Assembly (NCBI GenBank): GCA_964642475.1
Contig: CAZXRC010000001.1
Location: 3,560-67,559 of the forward strand
Source: an uncultured Gemmatimonadaceae bacterium
Lineage (GTDB): Bacteria > Gemmatimonadota > Gemmatimonadetes > Gemmatimonadales > GWC2-71-9
DNA: 64,000 nt
Direction: 5' to 3'
The notes below the pieces were generated by a model. That model ran no database searches. It was given only the letters and a program-made list of their open reading frames with translations, and was not told the DNA's origin. This document shows, piece by piece, positions 1 to 9,486 of the stretch. Position numbers and translations under genes: made by a program. The number at the start of each line of letters is the position of its first letter. Position 1 is the stretch's first letter.

Positions 1-287
1 TTGCGCCGCCGCGCGTAGTCCACCAGGACCCGACGCATCGTCGCGGAGGCGATCGCGAAGAAGCGGGCGCGATCCACCGTCTCCAGTCCGGCCTGCGCCG
101 CCAGCCGGAGATACGCCTCGTTTACCAGCCCGGTCGTCTCCAGGGTATGACCGGTCCGCTCCCGTCGCAGGTGCGCGCGGGCGAGGGTTCGCAATTCGTC
201 ATACAGCCGGACGACGAGATCGTCGGCCGGGGGTGGGCTGCTGGACAGGGAAACTCCGGCGTGGTGGACCTCGGGCCGGGAGGTCAC
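1..287 (-). CDS. ECF-family RNA polymerase sigma factor, N-terminal part (gene runs off the left edge)
   Basis: Own minus-strand translation (absent from the ORF track because truncated): VTSRPEVHHAGVSLSSSPPPADDLVVRLYDELRTLARAHLRRERTGHTLETTGLVNEAYLRLAAQAGLETVDRARFFAIASATMRRVLVDYARRR. The strings GHTL.TT.LVNEAYLRL and FFA.A..MRR.LVD.AR are ones I associate with the TIGR02999-type ECF sigma group. Start GTG 287 (alternative in-frame GTG 317) is not resolved. Confidence 0.6.
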   Translation of the reverse strand, partial: MTSRPEVHHAGVSLSSSPPPADDLVVRLYDELRTLARAHLRRERTGHTLETTGLVNEAYLRLAAQAGLETVDRARFFAIASATMRRVLVDYARRR

Positions 288-357
288 CGGTCCGCCTACG
301 GTGGGGACCGTCACCGGACTGGTCAAGGGCGCCCCTCGCCCGCCGGCCACCCTCGAC

Positions 358-1698
358 CTATTTCATGCCGATCCCATGGGGCCGTGCCGGCCCGGTCGGG
401 AAGGCGGTGTTGAAGTCGATCGCCGGAAACGCAGGGTCCTCGGCAAGCGCGTTTTCGGAGACGTTGAGCACGTGGACCTTGTGGTCCCCCTCGAAGTGGA
501 TCTTCCCGAAGTCGTCCTGGTCGAGAAAGTAGTCGGTCACAATGAGCCGGCGGTCGTCATGGGTCAGGTGGATCGAGTGGGGCCCCGAGTTCAGGCCGAA
601 ATTCACCACTGACACCTGCCGGAACCGGTTCGGATCGGTGATGTCGAGCATGCCGACCTGCCCCGCCTGGAACGAGCCGAAGATCAGGCGGCGGCCGCTC
701 CGGGGCATGGCCAGCAGCTGGGTCATCCCGCCCCGGACCGGCACCTCGATGTGGGGGACGATCGACTCGCAGTCGAACGACTGGACATAGCTGCCGTCGG
801 TCGGGTCCACCGTGTACACCAGACCGGTGAACATGTTGGCGGTGACGGCCCGTCCATGGGGGTCACCGGGAATCAGCTTCACGTCCATCGTGCCCGCCGC
901 ATCCGGCAGGAACACCGTGCGGGTGATCCGCCGCTGGGCCAGGTTCCAGAAGCGGAGTGAACTGCGCAATTCCACCGGGCCGGGCCACAGGTTGAGTGTG
1001 GTCACCGGGTTCACGAAATCGCTCGTAACCAGGAGGTTCCGTCGGAAGTCGGCGTCGATGCCGTGGGGATTGAACCCGCCGTCCGCCGGAGCGGTCGCGG
1101 GATACTCGGCCACCAGCCGCAGGTTCCGGTCGAACTCCACCACCCGGCCCCCGGCGCCCCCGCTCGCCGACCCCATGTTGGTCACCAGAAAGCCCCCGTC
1201 GGGGAGTGGCAGGAAGTCGTCGGTGATGCTGGAGTTGGGCGCCCGGGTGGAATGCAGGAACCGCGGACGACGGGCGTCCGAGATGTCGAAGAAGAAGATG
1301 TCGTTCTGGCCCTTGAGCAGGCTCAGCAGCCCGCCGCAAGCCAGGATCCGCCGGTCCCGCGAGGTGTGACAGTGATGCGGCTCGTTCCCGATGTTGCCGG
1401 GCGCCGGCACCGGGACCGTGCGGAGGACCTTGCCGTAGTCCCGGGATCGCCGGTCGAAGTTGATCACCGCCAGAAAGTCGGGAGACGCGTGATCCTGGTC
1501 GCTGGCCCAGACGTAGAGCGTCTTCTCTTCCCCATGGCCCGCGTGCGGGTCGTCGTCCCTGTCACGCATGGCGGCCGTGGTATCGGGTGCGGTCGGCGTC
1601 AGGGGCGCCGCCTCCTCCCCTCGATCGCACCCGGGGGCAAGGAGCCCCGCCAGCACGGCGGCGAGACCTGCGACTGTGGCGTTCCATTTGCGGTGCAT
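358..1698 (-). CDS. Selenium-binding protein (SBP56) / methanethiol-oxidase family protein, predicted lipoprotein
   Basis: ORF 358..1791. Family-like strings: LYVWASDQDH..FLAVINFD, GNEPHHCH, HSIHLTHDDRRLIVTDYF. Start moved to ATG 1698 (MHRKWNATVAGLAAVLAGLLAPGC = signal peptide plus lipobox Cys), with GGAGG about 5 nt upstream on the minus strand. Confidence 0.75.
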   Translation of the reverse strand: MHRKWNATVAGLAAVLAGLLAPGCDRGEEAAPLTPTAPDTTAAMRDRDDDPHAGHGEEKTLYVWASDQDHASPDFLAVINFDRRSRDYGKVLRTVPVPAPGNIGNEPHHCHTSRDRRILACGGLLSLLKGQNDIFFFDISDARRPRFLHSTRAPNSSITDDFLPLPDGGFLVTNMGSASGGAGGRVVEFDRNLRLVAEYPATAPADGGFNPHGIDADFRRNLLVTSDFVNPVTTLNLWPGPVELRSSLRFWNLAQRRITRTVFLPDAAGTMDVKLIPGDPHGRAVTANMFTGLVYTVDPTDGSYVQSFDCESIVPHIEVPVRGGMTQLLAMPRSGRRLIFGSFQAGQVGMLDITDPNRFRQVSVVNFGLNSGPHSIHLTHDDRRLIVTDYFLDQDDFGKIHFEGDHKVHVLNVSENALAEDPAFPAIDFNTAFPTGPARPHGIGMK

Positions 1699-1828
1699 GG
1701 TGACCTCCCGATGGACTGAGGATGCGAGGGATCGATGATCGCCTCTCCCCTCGTGGCGCGGTCCCGCGCCGGAAGTGGACATGGCCGACACCGGTGGACC
1801 CGCGCCCCGCCGTCACTAGCTTTCACCC

Positions 1829-2272
1829 ATGCCGATCCCCCCTGCCGGCCGCATCCTTGCCATCGACTGGGGCGAAATCCGACTCGGCCTCGCCTGCTCC
1901 GATGAGGGACAGGTGCTGGCCTCGCCCCTCGGGACCCTCACCCGTCGCGCCGGGAAGCGGTTTCCCATGCCCGCATTTCTCGAGGCAGTCGACGCCCACC
2001 ACCCGGTGGGCATCGTGGTCGGGCTGCCGCTGACCCCGGAGGGGGAGGAGCGGGAATCGGCTCATGCCGCCCGCGGGCTCGCCCGGCTGGTGGGCTCCCG
2101 CACCGGCCTCCCGGTCGAACTCACCGACGAGCGCATGACCACCGCCCGCGTCCTGTCGACGATCCGCGAGCAGGGTGGCACCACCCGCGGCCGCCGGGAG
2201 GACGTCGACGCCCACGCCGCCGCCATCCTGCTGCAGGGCTATCTCGACCAGCGGCGGGGAACCTCGCTGTGA
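1829..2272 (+). CDS. ruvX: Holliday-junction resolvase-like nuclease RuvX (YqgF)
   Basis: 147 aa. RILAIDWGEIRLGLACSD, GIVVGLPLTPEG.E and DERMTTA...VDAHAAAILLQGYLD match the YqgF/RuvX pattern. Confidence 0.85.
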   Translation: MPIPPAGRILAIDWGEIRLGLACSDEGQVLASPLGTLTRRAGKRFPMPAFLEAVDAHHPVGIVVGLPLTPEGEERESAHAARGLARLVGSRTGLPVELTDERMTTARVLSTIREQGGTTRGRREDVDAHAAAILLQGYLDQRRGTSL

Positions 2273-3237
2273 GGCGCGCGATCCTCCTGGTGGGCCTCCT
2301 CGCCTGCGCCGCGCCCGGTGGCGGCGGGCGGGTCCGTGTCACCATCCCCGCCGGCGCCAGCTTCCGCGAGGTCACCGACACCCTGGCGGCTCACGATCTC
2401 ATCGCCTCGCGCCTCTGGTTTACCCTCCTCGCCCGGGTCCGCCGGACGGACCGTTCCGCCAAGGCCGGCATCTACGATCTCCCCACCGGGGCCACTCCCT
2501 GGGAGCTTCTCTCCGCCATCGAGCGCGGTCGTGTCGCCATGGTGCGCTTCACCGCGCCGGAGGGTCTTACCCTCGCCGACCTCGCCGACCTGGCCGCCCT
2601 GCGCCTGGGCCTGGTCCGCGACTCGGTGCTCGTGGCGGCCACCGAGCGGGCCCGCGTGAGCCGGATCGCGCCCGACGCCCCCACACTCGAAGGGTATCTG
2701 CTGCCCGAGACCTACAGCCTCCCGATTCCGGTCACCGCCACCACCCTGGTCGACGCGATGGTGGACGAGTTCCAGCGGCGCTGGAACCCGGCGTGGACCC
2801 TGCGGCTCGATTCGCTCCGGCTTACGCGCACCCAGCTGCTGGCGCTCGCCAGTATCGTGGAGGGAGAGGCGCGTCATGACGACGAACGCCCCATCATCGC
2901 GGCGGTCTATCGCAACCGGCTGAAACTGGGCATGCCGCTCCAGGCCGATCCGACCGTGCAGTACGCCATTCAGGTGACCACCGGCCAGCGCAAGCCGCGG
3001 CTCTACTTCAAGGACTACGAGTTCCCGTCGCCCTACAACACGTATCTCCACCCGGGGCTGCCGCCGGGGCCGGTCAACTCCCCCGGCCTCAAGAGCATCG
3101 AGGCCGCGCTCTACCCGGCCGACGTCCCCTATCTCTATTTCGTGGCCGACACCGGCGGCCATCATGTCTTCTCCCGGACCTTGAGCGAACACAACCGCGC
3201 CATTGGCCAGGTGCGCCAGAAGGGACGAGGGAGATAG
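2269..3237 (+). CDS. mltG: Endolytic murein transglycosylase MltG (YceG family)
   Basis: N-terminal membrane anchor MRRAILLVGLLACAA. YceG strings: FTAPEGLTL, IVEGEARHDDERPIIAAVYRNRLKLGMPLQADPTVQYA, YNTYLHPGLPPGPVNSPG. GTG start overlaps the ruvX stop (GTGA at 2269-2272). Confidence 0.85.
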   Translation: MRRAILLVGLLACAAPGGGGRVRVTIPAGASFREVTDTLAAHDLIASRLWFTLLARVRRTDRSAKAGIYDLPTGATPWELLSAIERGRVAMVRFTAPEGLTLADLADLAALRLGLVRDSVLVAATERARVSRIAPDAPTLEGYLLPETYSLPIPVTATTLVDAMVDEFQRRWNPAWTLRLDSLRLTRTQLLALASIVEGEARHDDERPIIAAVYRNRLKLGMPLQADPTVQYAIQVTTGQRKPRLYFKDYEFPSPYNTYLHPGLPPGPVNSPGLKSIEAALYPADVPYLYFVADTGGHHVFSRTLSEHNRAIGQVRQKGRGR

Positions 3238-3274
3238 ACCCAGGGAACTCGGGAACCCGGGAGCTCGGAACTTC

Positions 3275-3898
3275 CTACTGCGACTGGAACGCCCGCGCGT
3301 AGCTCCTCGCGGCGACCTCGACGGCCTCAGCGCCGAGGATCCCCGACACGACCGCTACGCCGGTGCCGCCCGCCGCCCGCACCGCCGCCACATCCTCCGG
3401 CCGCACCGCGCCGATCGCAATGCAGGGCCGCCCCGCCGCGGCCTCCACCACCGCCCGGAACCCTTCGGCCCCGATCGCCGCACCGGCATCCCCCTTGGTC
3501 GACGTCACCCGCCAGGGTCCCACGCCCCAGTAGTCGGCCGCCGCCGCGGTCAGCGCCTCCTCCGGCGAGCCGACCGAGGCCCCGATCACGGTCCCCGCCG
3601 GGAGGATCCGCCGCGCCAGAGCCACCGGAAGATCGTCGGGGCCGAGATGTACCCCGCAGCCGGTCACCCCGGCCACATCGGGCCGATCGTTGACCAGAAT
3701 CGGAACCGGCAACGCGTCCCGGAGCCGTCGCGCGAGATCCACCAGCTCGCGGGCACTCGCCTCCTTGAGCCGGAGCTGCACCGAGGTCACCCCGCCGGCC
3801 ACCGCCGCGCGAGCCAGAGCCACCGGATCGCGCCCCGCGAGCAGCCGGTCATCGGTGACCAGCATCAGCCGGAGATGTTGCGCTAGATTGTCTGCCAT
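3275..3898 (-). CDS. thiE: Thiamine-phosphate synthase
   Basis: 207 aa. Strings: LMLVTDD, GGVTSVQLRLKEASARE, ILVNDRPDVA, GASVGSPEEA, GVGPWRVTSTKGDAG. The start could instead be the internal Met of MLVTDD. Confidence 0.85.
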   Translation of the reverse strand: MADNLAQHLRLMLVTDDRLLAGRDPVALARAAVAGGVTSVQLRLKEASARELVDLARRLRDALPVPILVNDRPDVAGVTGCGVHLGPDDLPVALARRILPAGTVIGASVGSPEEALTAAAADYWGVGPWRVTSTKGDAGAAIGAEGFRAVVEAAAGRPCIAIGAVRPEDVAAVRAAGGTGVAVVSGILGAEAVEVAARSYARAFQSQ

Positions 3899-4283
3899 GT
3901 CCGACCCAACCTCCTACCGGCTCCAGGGCATCCGCGGCGCGACCACCGTCGACGCCAACGATGCCCAGCAGATCCTCGAAGCGACCGACGAGCTGCTCCG
4001 CCGGCTGCACGAGGCGAATGACCTGGCGCCCGACGACATCGTGAGCGCGCTCTTCACCATGACCAGCGACCTCGACGCGGCCTTCCCCGCCCGCGCGGCC
4101 GAGGTCTATGGGTGGAATATCGTCGCCATCCTGCATTCGACCGAAATCCCGGTCCCCGGCTCCCTGCCGCGGTGTATCCGGCTGCTGGTGCACGCCTACA
4201 CCCCGCGGAGCCGCCAGGAGATCCGGCACGTGTACCTCCGGGGCGCCACCGCCCTCAGGCCCGACCGGGTCGGAGCGCCGTGA
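3897..4283 (+). CDS. aroH: Chorismate mutase, AroH class
   Basis: Inside track ORF 3690..4283. The real start is ATG 3897 (MSDPTSYRLQGIRGATTVDAND); IRGATTV is the AroH-class hallmark. 128 aa, the size expected for the family. Confidence 0.8.
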   Translation: MSDPTSYRLQGIRGATTVDANDAQQILEATDELLRRLHEANDLAPDDIVSALFTMTSDLDAAFPARAAEVYGWNIVAILHSTEIPVPGSLPRCIRLLVHAYTPRSRQEIRHVYLRGATALRPDRVGAP

Positions 4284-5440
4284 TCCTTCCCGCCGCCCGG
4301 GTGACCCCCCGGGGCGCCGAGCGTTGGACCCGCGGGCACCCCTGGATCTACCGGACCGACGTGGCCGATGCCCCCGACACCGCCGGCCCCTGCCGGGTGA
4401 CGGACGGGCGGGGAAAGTTCCTCGGGGTCGCGCTCTTCTCGCCCCGCTCGGAAATCCGCCTTCGGCTGCTGAGCCGCCAGGACCTGGTCCCCGATGCCGC
4501 CTGGTGGCGGGACCGGATCGGGGACTGCGTCGCGCGGCGCTCCGGCATCGACGCCACCGCCTGCCGCCTGATCCACGGCGAAGGCGACGCCCTCCCCTCC
4601 CTCGTCGTCGACCGCTACGACCGCTGGCTCGTGGTCCAGCTCCTCTCCGCCGGCCTGGAGGCCATGCGGGGCGAGATCGTGGCCGCCCTCCTCGAGGTCT
4701 GCCGCCCCGAGGGCATTCTGCTGCGCAACGATGTGGGTGTCCGCCGCCTCGAGGGACTCCCGGAGGACATCGAGCTGGTCCACGGCGAGGTCCCCGAGCG
4801 GGTCCAAGTCCGAGAGGGCCCGGTCCGCTACCTCGCGGCGCCCTGGACCGGCCAGAAGACCGGGGCCTTCCTCGACCAGCGTCCCAACCGGATGCTCGCC
4901 GCCGCCCTCACCCCAACCGGCGGCACCGCGCTCGACTGCTTCACTTATCACGGCAGCTTCGCCCTGCACCTCGCCACACGAGCCGGGCAGGTCACCGCGC
5001 TCGATGCCAGCGCCGACGCCCTGGCCCGGGGCCGGGAGAATGCCGCGCTCAACCGCTTCACCAATATCGAGTGGGTCGCCGGGGATGCCTTCGAGCTGCT
5101 GCGACGCTACGAGCGGGAGCGGCGCCGGTTCGACACCGTCGTCCTCGATCCCCCCGCCTTCGCCAAGAGCCGCTCGGCGCTGCCGCAGGCGATCCGGGGA
5201 TACAAGGAGATCAATCTCCGTGGCATGCGGCTCGTGAACCCGGGGGGCGTGCTGCTCACCGCGTCCTGCTCGTTCCACCTCCGCCGCGATGGATTCCTGG
5301 ATATGCTGAGCGACGCCGCCGGGGATAGCGGCCGCCGCCTCACGCTGACCCACCTCCTGGGCCAGGGCGAGGACCATCCGGAGATCCTGACGATTCCGGA
5401 GACCGGGTACCTCAAGGGGGCCATCCTCCGCGCCGACTGA
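4280..5440 (+). CDS. rlmI: 23S rRNA (cytosine-C5)-methyltransferase RlmI-like, class I SAM-dependent
   Basis: Inside ORF 4112..5440. GTG 4280 overlaps the aroH stop (GTGA). PUA-like N-terminus RGHPWIYRTDV. MTase core LDCFTYHGSFALH, ALDAS, VVLDPPAFAKS, GGVLLTASCS. Confidence 0.75.
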   Translation: MILPAARVTPRGAERWTRGHPWIYRTDVADAPDTAGPCRVTDGRGKFLGVALFSPRSEIRLRLLSRQDLVPDAAWWRDRIGDCVARRSGIDATACRLIHGEGDALPSLVVDRYDRWLVVQLLSAGLEAMRGEIVAALLEVCRPEGILLRNDVGVRRLEGLPEDIELVHGEVPERVQVREGPVRYLAAPWTGQKTGAFLDQRPNRMLAAALTPTGGTALDCFTYHGSFALHLATRAGQVTALDASADALARGRENAALNRFTNIEWVAGDAFELLRRYERERRRFDTVVLDPPAFAKSRSALPQAIRGYKEINLRGMRLVNPGGVLLTASCSFHLRRDGFLDMLSDAAGDSGRRLTLTHLLGQGEDHPEILTIPETGYLKGAILRAD

Positions 5441-5570
5441 CCGCCCGACCCTCCGACCCTCCGCCTAACCACCTGCCCCGTTGACACTTCCACCCCTCCG
5501 GGGCGACCTTGGAAGGCAAGCCCGGCCACGGGCGCCATCCCTGGCTTGAAAGAGGCTCGCTCCATCCGTC

Positions 5571-6434
5571 ATGCTCACTGCCCTGCAGCTCCAGCAGCAG
5601 CGTCGCCGCCGTACGCTGCCATCGCTCAAGCAGCAGTACCATGAGTACATCCTGCAGCGTATTGAGGCATACAAGAACAGCCTCACGCGCCGGGAGCTGC
5701 TCGAGCTGGGCAATGAGGCCGTGGCCGAAATGGAAGCGGCCCAGGGCGATCAGTTCCTGCTCACCGAGGTGCTCCTCACCGACTGGGTCGATCGCCTGAT
5801 TCACAAGCGGCTGAGCCTCCAGCCCTACAGCCGCTGGTCCAAGCACTTCAAGCAGCTCCGCACCGCGCAGCGGGAACCCACCCGCTGGGGCATCGACCGC
5901 CGCGCCCCGGTGGCCCGGCTGCTCCCCCGGCTCGAGTCGGGCGACACCGCGCTCACCATCGGCCCTGGCGCCGCCGCCATCGCCTGCCTGCTCGCGGCGC
6001 ACGACGTCGAGGTCATCTTTACCGCCAGCGACATGACCCTGGTGGACCAGGTCGAATCCCGCGTTGCCGAAGAGGCCCTGGGCCACTACTGCAGCACCTA
6101 CGTGGCCCTCACCGCCGACTTCCCACCCGAATTGCCGGCCCAGGTGAACATCGTCGTGATCGACACCGCCACCCTTGGCCTCGAGACCTCGACCCGCCGG
6201 CGGGAAGTGCTGGAGCGCCTCATGGAGCGGACCGCCCCCGGGGGCGTGCACCTGCTGGTCCCCAGCGAGCACGCCCTGGCCCCGGAAGCGTACCTGTCGC
6301 ACTATGGCGACTGGACCCGCGAAGACAACCTGGAGAAGAAGCGCCCCTCCCGTTCCCTGGGCCTGATGCTCGGCAAACCCCCCGAGCCCCCTCCGGTCCG
6401 GTCGTCCCTCGAGACCCGACACATCCCGGCCTGA
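5571..6434 (+). CDS. Hypothetical protein (weak Rossmann/methyltransferase-like central segment)
   Basis: 287-aa ORF with G/C-rich third codon positions, while the antisense ORF 5412..6422 is Gly/Arg/Pro-rich shadow. No family recognised; TIGPGAAAIACLLAAHDVEVI is only vaguely GxGxG-like. Confidence 0.45.
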   Translation: MLTALQLQQQRRRRTLPSLKQQYHEYILQRIEAYKNSLTRRELLELGNEAVAEMEAAQGDQFLLTEVLLTDWVDRLIHKRLSLQPYSRWSKHFKQLRTAQREPTRWGIDRRAPVARLLPRLESGDTALTIGPGAAAIACLLAAHDVEVIFTASDMTLVDQVESRVAEEALGHYCSTYVALTADFPPELPAQVNIVVIDTATLGLETSTRRREVLERLMERTAPGGVHLLVPSEHALAPEAYLSHYGDWTREDNLEKKRPSRSLGLMLGKPPEPPPVRSSLETRHIPA

Positions 6435-6439
6435 GCCGC

Positions 6440-7387
6440 ATGCTGCTCAGGAATCTCCGGTACCTCGAAGCCCTCGCGCGGGAGCAGCACTTCGCGCGGG
6501 CGGCCAAGGCCTGTGAGGTCACCCAGCCGACTCTGTCCGCCGGGATCAAGCAGCTGGAGGAGGAACTCGGCCTCCTGATTGTCCAGCGGGGCCAGCGATT
6601 TCACGGACTCACCCCCGAGGGCCTCAGGGTGGTGGACTGGACCCGGCGGATCCTCTCGGACGTTGAGAGCCTGGAGCAGGAGGCGAGCGAGCTTCGCGCC
6701 GGGCTGGTGGGACGGCTGCGGATCGGCGCCATCCCGGTGGCCCTGCCGATCGTGGCCCAACTGACCGTCCCCTTCGCCGCCCGCCATCCCCAGGTCTCCA
6801 TCACGATCACCTCGCTCACCTCGATGGAGATCCAGCGCGGGCTCGACGACTTCACCCTCGATGCCGGCCTGACCTACCTCGACAACGAGCCGCTCTCGCA
6901 CGTGCGGACCCTGCCGCTCTATCGGGAGCGGTTCTATCTGTTCGCCCCCTCCGCGTCGCGCCTGGGCGCCGGTGGCTCCGCTTCCTGGGCCGAGGCCGCC
7001 ACCCTGCCGCTCTGTCTCCTCACCCCCGACATGCAGAACCGCCGGATCCTGAATGGCCTCTTCGCCCAGCACGGGGTCACCCCCCAGGCGATGATCGAGA
7101 CCAACTCGGTCCTCACCATCTGGGCCCACCTCCGCACCGGACGGTGGGGCAGCATCCTGCCGCACCCGTTCCTGGAACTCCTGGGCCTGCCCGAGGGCGT
7201 GGGGGCCTGGCCGCTGGGGGAAGGCGGGGAGGGACATTTCACCATCGGGGTGGTCGTTCCGGATCGGGAGCCGATGACCCCCTCGGCGAGAGAACTGCTC
7301 GGGGTGGCGGGCAACCTCGACCTCTCGGGTGGCACCGCCAACCCGGGCGTGGCACCGCCAGGCGTGGGACAGAAGGAGCGGCGCTGA
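6440..7387 (+). CDS. LysR-family transcriptional regulator
   Basis: N-terminal HTH LRYLEALAREQHFARAAKACEVTQPTLSAGIKQLEEELGLLIVQR, followed by a LysR substrate-binding-type C-terminus; 315 aa. Confidence 0.85.
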   Translation: MLLRNLRYLEALAREQHFARAAKACEVTQPTLSAGIKQLEEELGLLIVQRGQRFHGLTPEGLRVVDWTRRILSDVESLEQEASELRAGLVGRLRIGAIPVALPIVAQLTVPFAARHPQVSITITSLTSMEIQRGLDDFTLDAGLTYLDNEPLSHVRTLPLYRERFYLFAPSASRLGAGGSASWAEAATLPLCLLTPDMQNRRILNGLFAQHGVTPQAMIETNSVLTIWAHLRTGRWGSILPHPFLELLGLPEGVGAWPLGEGGEGHFTIGVVVPDREPMTPSARELLGVAGNLDLSGGTANPGVAPPGVGQKERR

Positions 7388-7391
7388 GCTG

Positions 7392-8264
7392 CTAGATCAC
7401 CCGGGCCGGATGGGTGTACACCGTGTGCCGTCCGCCGCGGACGAAGCCCACCAGGGTGAGACCCGCCTGCTGCGCCACCCGCACCGCCATCCCGGTCGGC
7501 CCGGATACCGCCGCCAGGAGCCCGGCACCCAGCACCGTGGTCTTCTGCACCATCTCGAAGCTGGCCCGACTGGTCACCACCACGAAGCCGACCGCCCCGT
7601 TGGCCCCGGACCGGGCCAGCGCCCCGATGAGCTTGTCGAGCGCGTTGTGCCGACCCACATCTTCCCGGACCAGCCGCACCTCCCCGTCCCGATCGGCCCA
7701 CCCCGCCGCGTGCACCGCGCCGGCCTCCCGGTTAAGTGGCTGCCGCGCGCCGAGTTCCTCCATCGCCCGCTGGATCGCCGAGGCGCGGATCGGCGGGCCC
7801 GCCACCACGGGATGGAGCTGCTTGAGCACCGCGGCAATGCTGTCGCTCCCGCAGATACCGCATCCGGTGCGGCCGGCCAGCCGGCGGGACCGGGAGGCGA
7901 TTTCCCCCTCGCAGGCGGCGTCCACCGTCAGCTGGACTTCGATGCCCTGCCCGTAGGTCACCACCTTGGCCTCGGTCAGGTCCGCCGGGCTTCGGATCAG
8001 CTCCTCGGTGAGGCTGAATCCGAGCGCAAAATCCTCCAGGTCGGCGGGCGTGGCCATCATGACGACGTGGGGAATGCCGTTGTAAACCAGCGCCACCGGC
8101 ACTTCTTCCACAATCCGCTCGTCACTCTCCCGGGAGACTCCGTTCTCCCAGCGGACCGCGCGGTGCCCGAGCAACGGCTTGGCATACCCCAGCCGCAGGA
8201 GCCCCAGGGGGTCCCGCATCTGTTCCAGATCGGCGCGCATTGGCGTCTCCCGGGTCGAAGTCAC
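7392..8264 (-). CDS. fdhD: Formate dehydrogenase accessory sulfurtransferase FdhD
   Basis: 290 aa. Strings: GRTGCGICGSDSI, EDVGRHNALDKLIGA, VVTSRASFEMVQK. Confidence 0.85.
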   Translation of the reverse strand: MTSTRETPMRADLEQMRDPLGLLRLGYAKPLLGHRAVRWENGVSRESDERIVEEVPVALVYNGIPHVVMMATPADLEDFALGFSLTEELIRSPADLTEAKVVTYGQGIEVQLTVDAACEGEIASRSRRLAGRTGCGICGSDSIAAVLKQLHPVVAGPPIRASAIQRAMEELGARQPLNREAGAVHAAGWADRDGEVRLVREDVGRHNALDKLIGALARSGANGAVGFVVVTSRASFEMVQKTTVLGAGLLAAVSGPTGMAVRVAQQAGLTLVGFVRGGRHTVYTHPARVI

Positions 8265-8414
8265 AGTAGACTATACACCCGGTCCCGGCGCCCAGGGGGC
8301 AATCCAGGCGCCGTCATAGACTTGGCCTATCGTTTCATCGCCTGGACCAATTTGCAGAGTGTTGGGCACCGGGAAAGATTCCCCGGTAGCCCACCGATAC
8401 TGAATCTGGAGCGT

Positions 8415-9008
8415 ATGCCCTTCGACCCCGGCCCTTCCTTTGTTACCCCTCCCGCTCGCATCCAGCGGGTGCGCGTCGTTGGACTCGTGGGGTCGAGCGG
8501 GAGCGGCAAGACCACGCTCCTGGAGGCATTGCTCCCCCGACTGGCCCGGGCCGGCATCCGGGTGGGTGTCATCAAACATGCCCATCATGGATTCGACATG
8601 GACCGGCCCGGCAAAGACAGCTACCGCGCCCGGGCGGCAGGGGCCGCACAGGTCCTGGTGGCCTCCCGGCATCGGTGGGTGCTCCTGAGCGAAGTCGCCG
8701 GGCCGGCCGCCGAGCCCGACTTCCGGTCGATGCTCGGCAAGTTCGATCCCGATCAGATCGACCTCATCATCGCCGAGGGATTCTCGGGCGAGGCCTACCC
8801 CAAGGTCGAGGTCTACCGGCCGGCCCGCGAACAGCCGCCGCGGTGCTGGCCTCACGATCCGAACGTGATCGCCGTGGCGAGCGATATTCCCCAGCAGACC
8901 CTCCCCCCAGTCACCTGGCTCGACCTCAACCGGCCCGACCTCGTGGCAGCGTACCTGATGGACCGGCTCCCCCATCTCGATCCCGTCGAGCTCTGCCATG
9001 ACCGCTGA
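8415..9008 (+). CDS. mobB: Molybdopterin-guanine dinucleotide biosynthesis adapter protein MobB
   Basis: C-terminal 197 aa of track ORF 7329..9008; the upstream part of that ORF is antisense to fdhD. ATG 8415. Walker A GLVGSSGSGKTTLLEAL, then GVIKHAHHGFDMDRPGKDSYR. Confidence 0.75.
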   Translation: MPFDPGPSFVTPPARIQRVRVVGLVGSSGSGKTTLLEALLPRLARAGIRVGVIKHAHHGFDMDRPGKDSYRARAAGAAQVLVASRHRWVLLSEVAGPAAEPDFRSMLGKFDPDQIDLIIAEGFSGEAYPKVEVYRPAREQPPRCWPHDPNVIAVASDIPQQTLPPVTWLDLNRPDLVAAYLMDRLPHLDPVELCHDR

Positions 9009-9486
9009 AGCCAACACGAGGCCCGCCTGGTCCACCGCGGTCGCCGGGGTCCTGAAAACCCACCGGGACCGGCCCGGCCCCCTGCTCCCGATCCTGCACG
9101 GCATCCAGGACGCCATCGGGTACATCCCCGATGAGGCCGTGCCGGTCATCGCGCAGGAGCTCAATCTCTCCCGGGCGGAAGTGCACGGCGTCGTCACGTT
9201 CTATCACGACTTCCGCACCGCCCCCGCCGGCCGCCACGTTCTCAAGATTTGCGAGGCCGAGTCGTGCCAGGCTCTCGGCGCCGAGCACCTGGTCCGTCAC
9301 GCCTGCGCCCGGCTCGGCATCGAGCGGCACCAGACCTCGGCCGACGGCGCGGTCACCCTGGAGCCGGTCTATTGCCTCGGGAACTGCGCCCTCTCGCCCG
9401 CCGTCAGTCTCGACGGCGCGGTGCATGGCCGCGTCACCCCCGACCGGCTCGACGGCCTCCTCCGCGACCTCCGGAGGACGCCGTGA
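8998..9486 (+). CDS. fdsG: NAD-dependent formate dehydrogenase gamma subunit (NuoE-like 2Fe-2S)
   Basis: 162 aa. Strings: LLPILHGIQDAIGYIP, ICEAESCQALGAEHL, YCLGNCALSPA. Overlaps the mobB 3' end by 11 nt. Confidence 0.8.
   Translation: MTAEANTRPAWSTAVAGVLKTHRDRPGPLLPILHGIQDAIGYIPDEAVPVIAQELNLSRAEVHGVVTFYHDFRTAPAGRHVLKICEAESCQALGAEHLVRHACARLGIERHQTSADGAVTLEPVYCLGNCALSPAVSLDGAVHGRVTPDRLDGLLRDLRRTP

Noticed and set aside
7329-9008. A 559-aa ORF taken at face value. Also the N-terminal extensions of ORFs 17940..18917, 24228..25190, 24944..26302, 50112..51044, 9249..11009 and 10799..13846.
   Set aside because: Only the C-terminal parts carry family motifs. The extensions overlap upstream genes or are antisense to them. 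In each case an internal ATG/GTG forms a 4-nt overlap with the upstream stop, or has a better ribosome-binding context.
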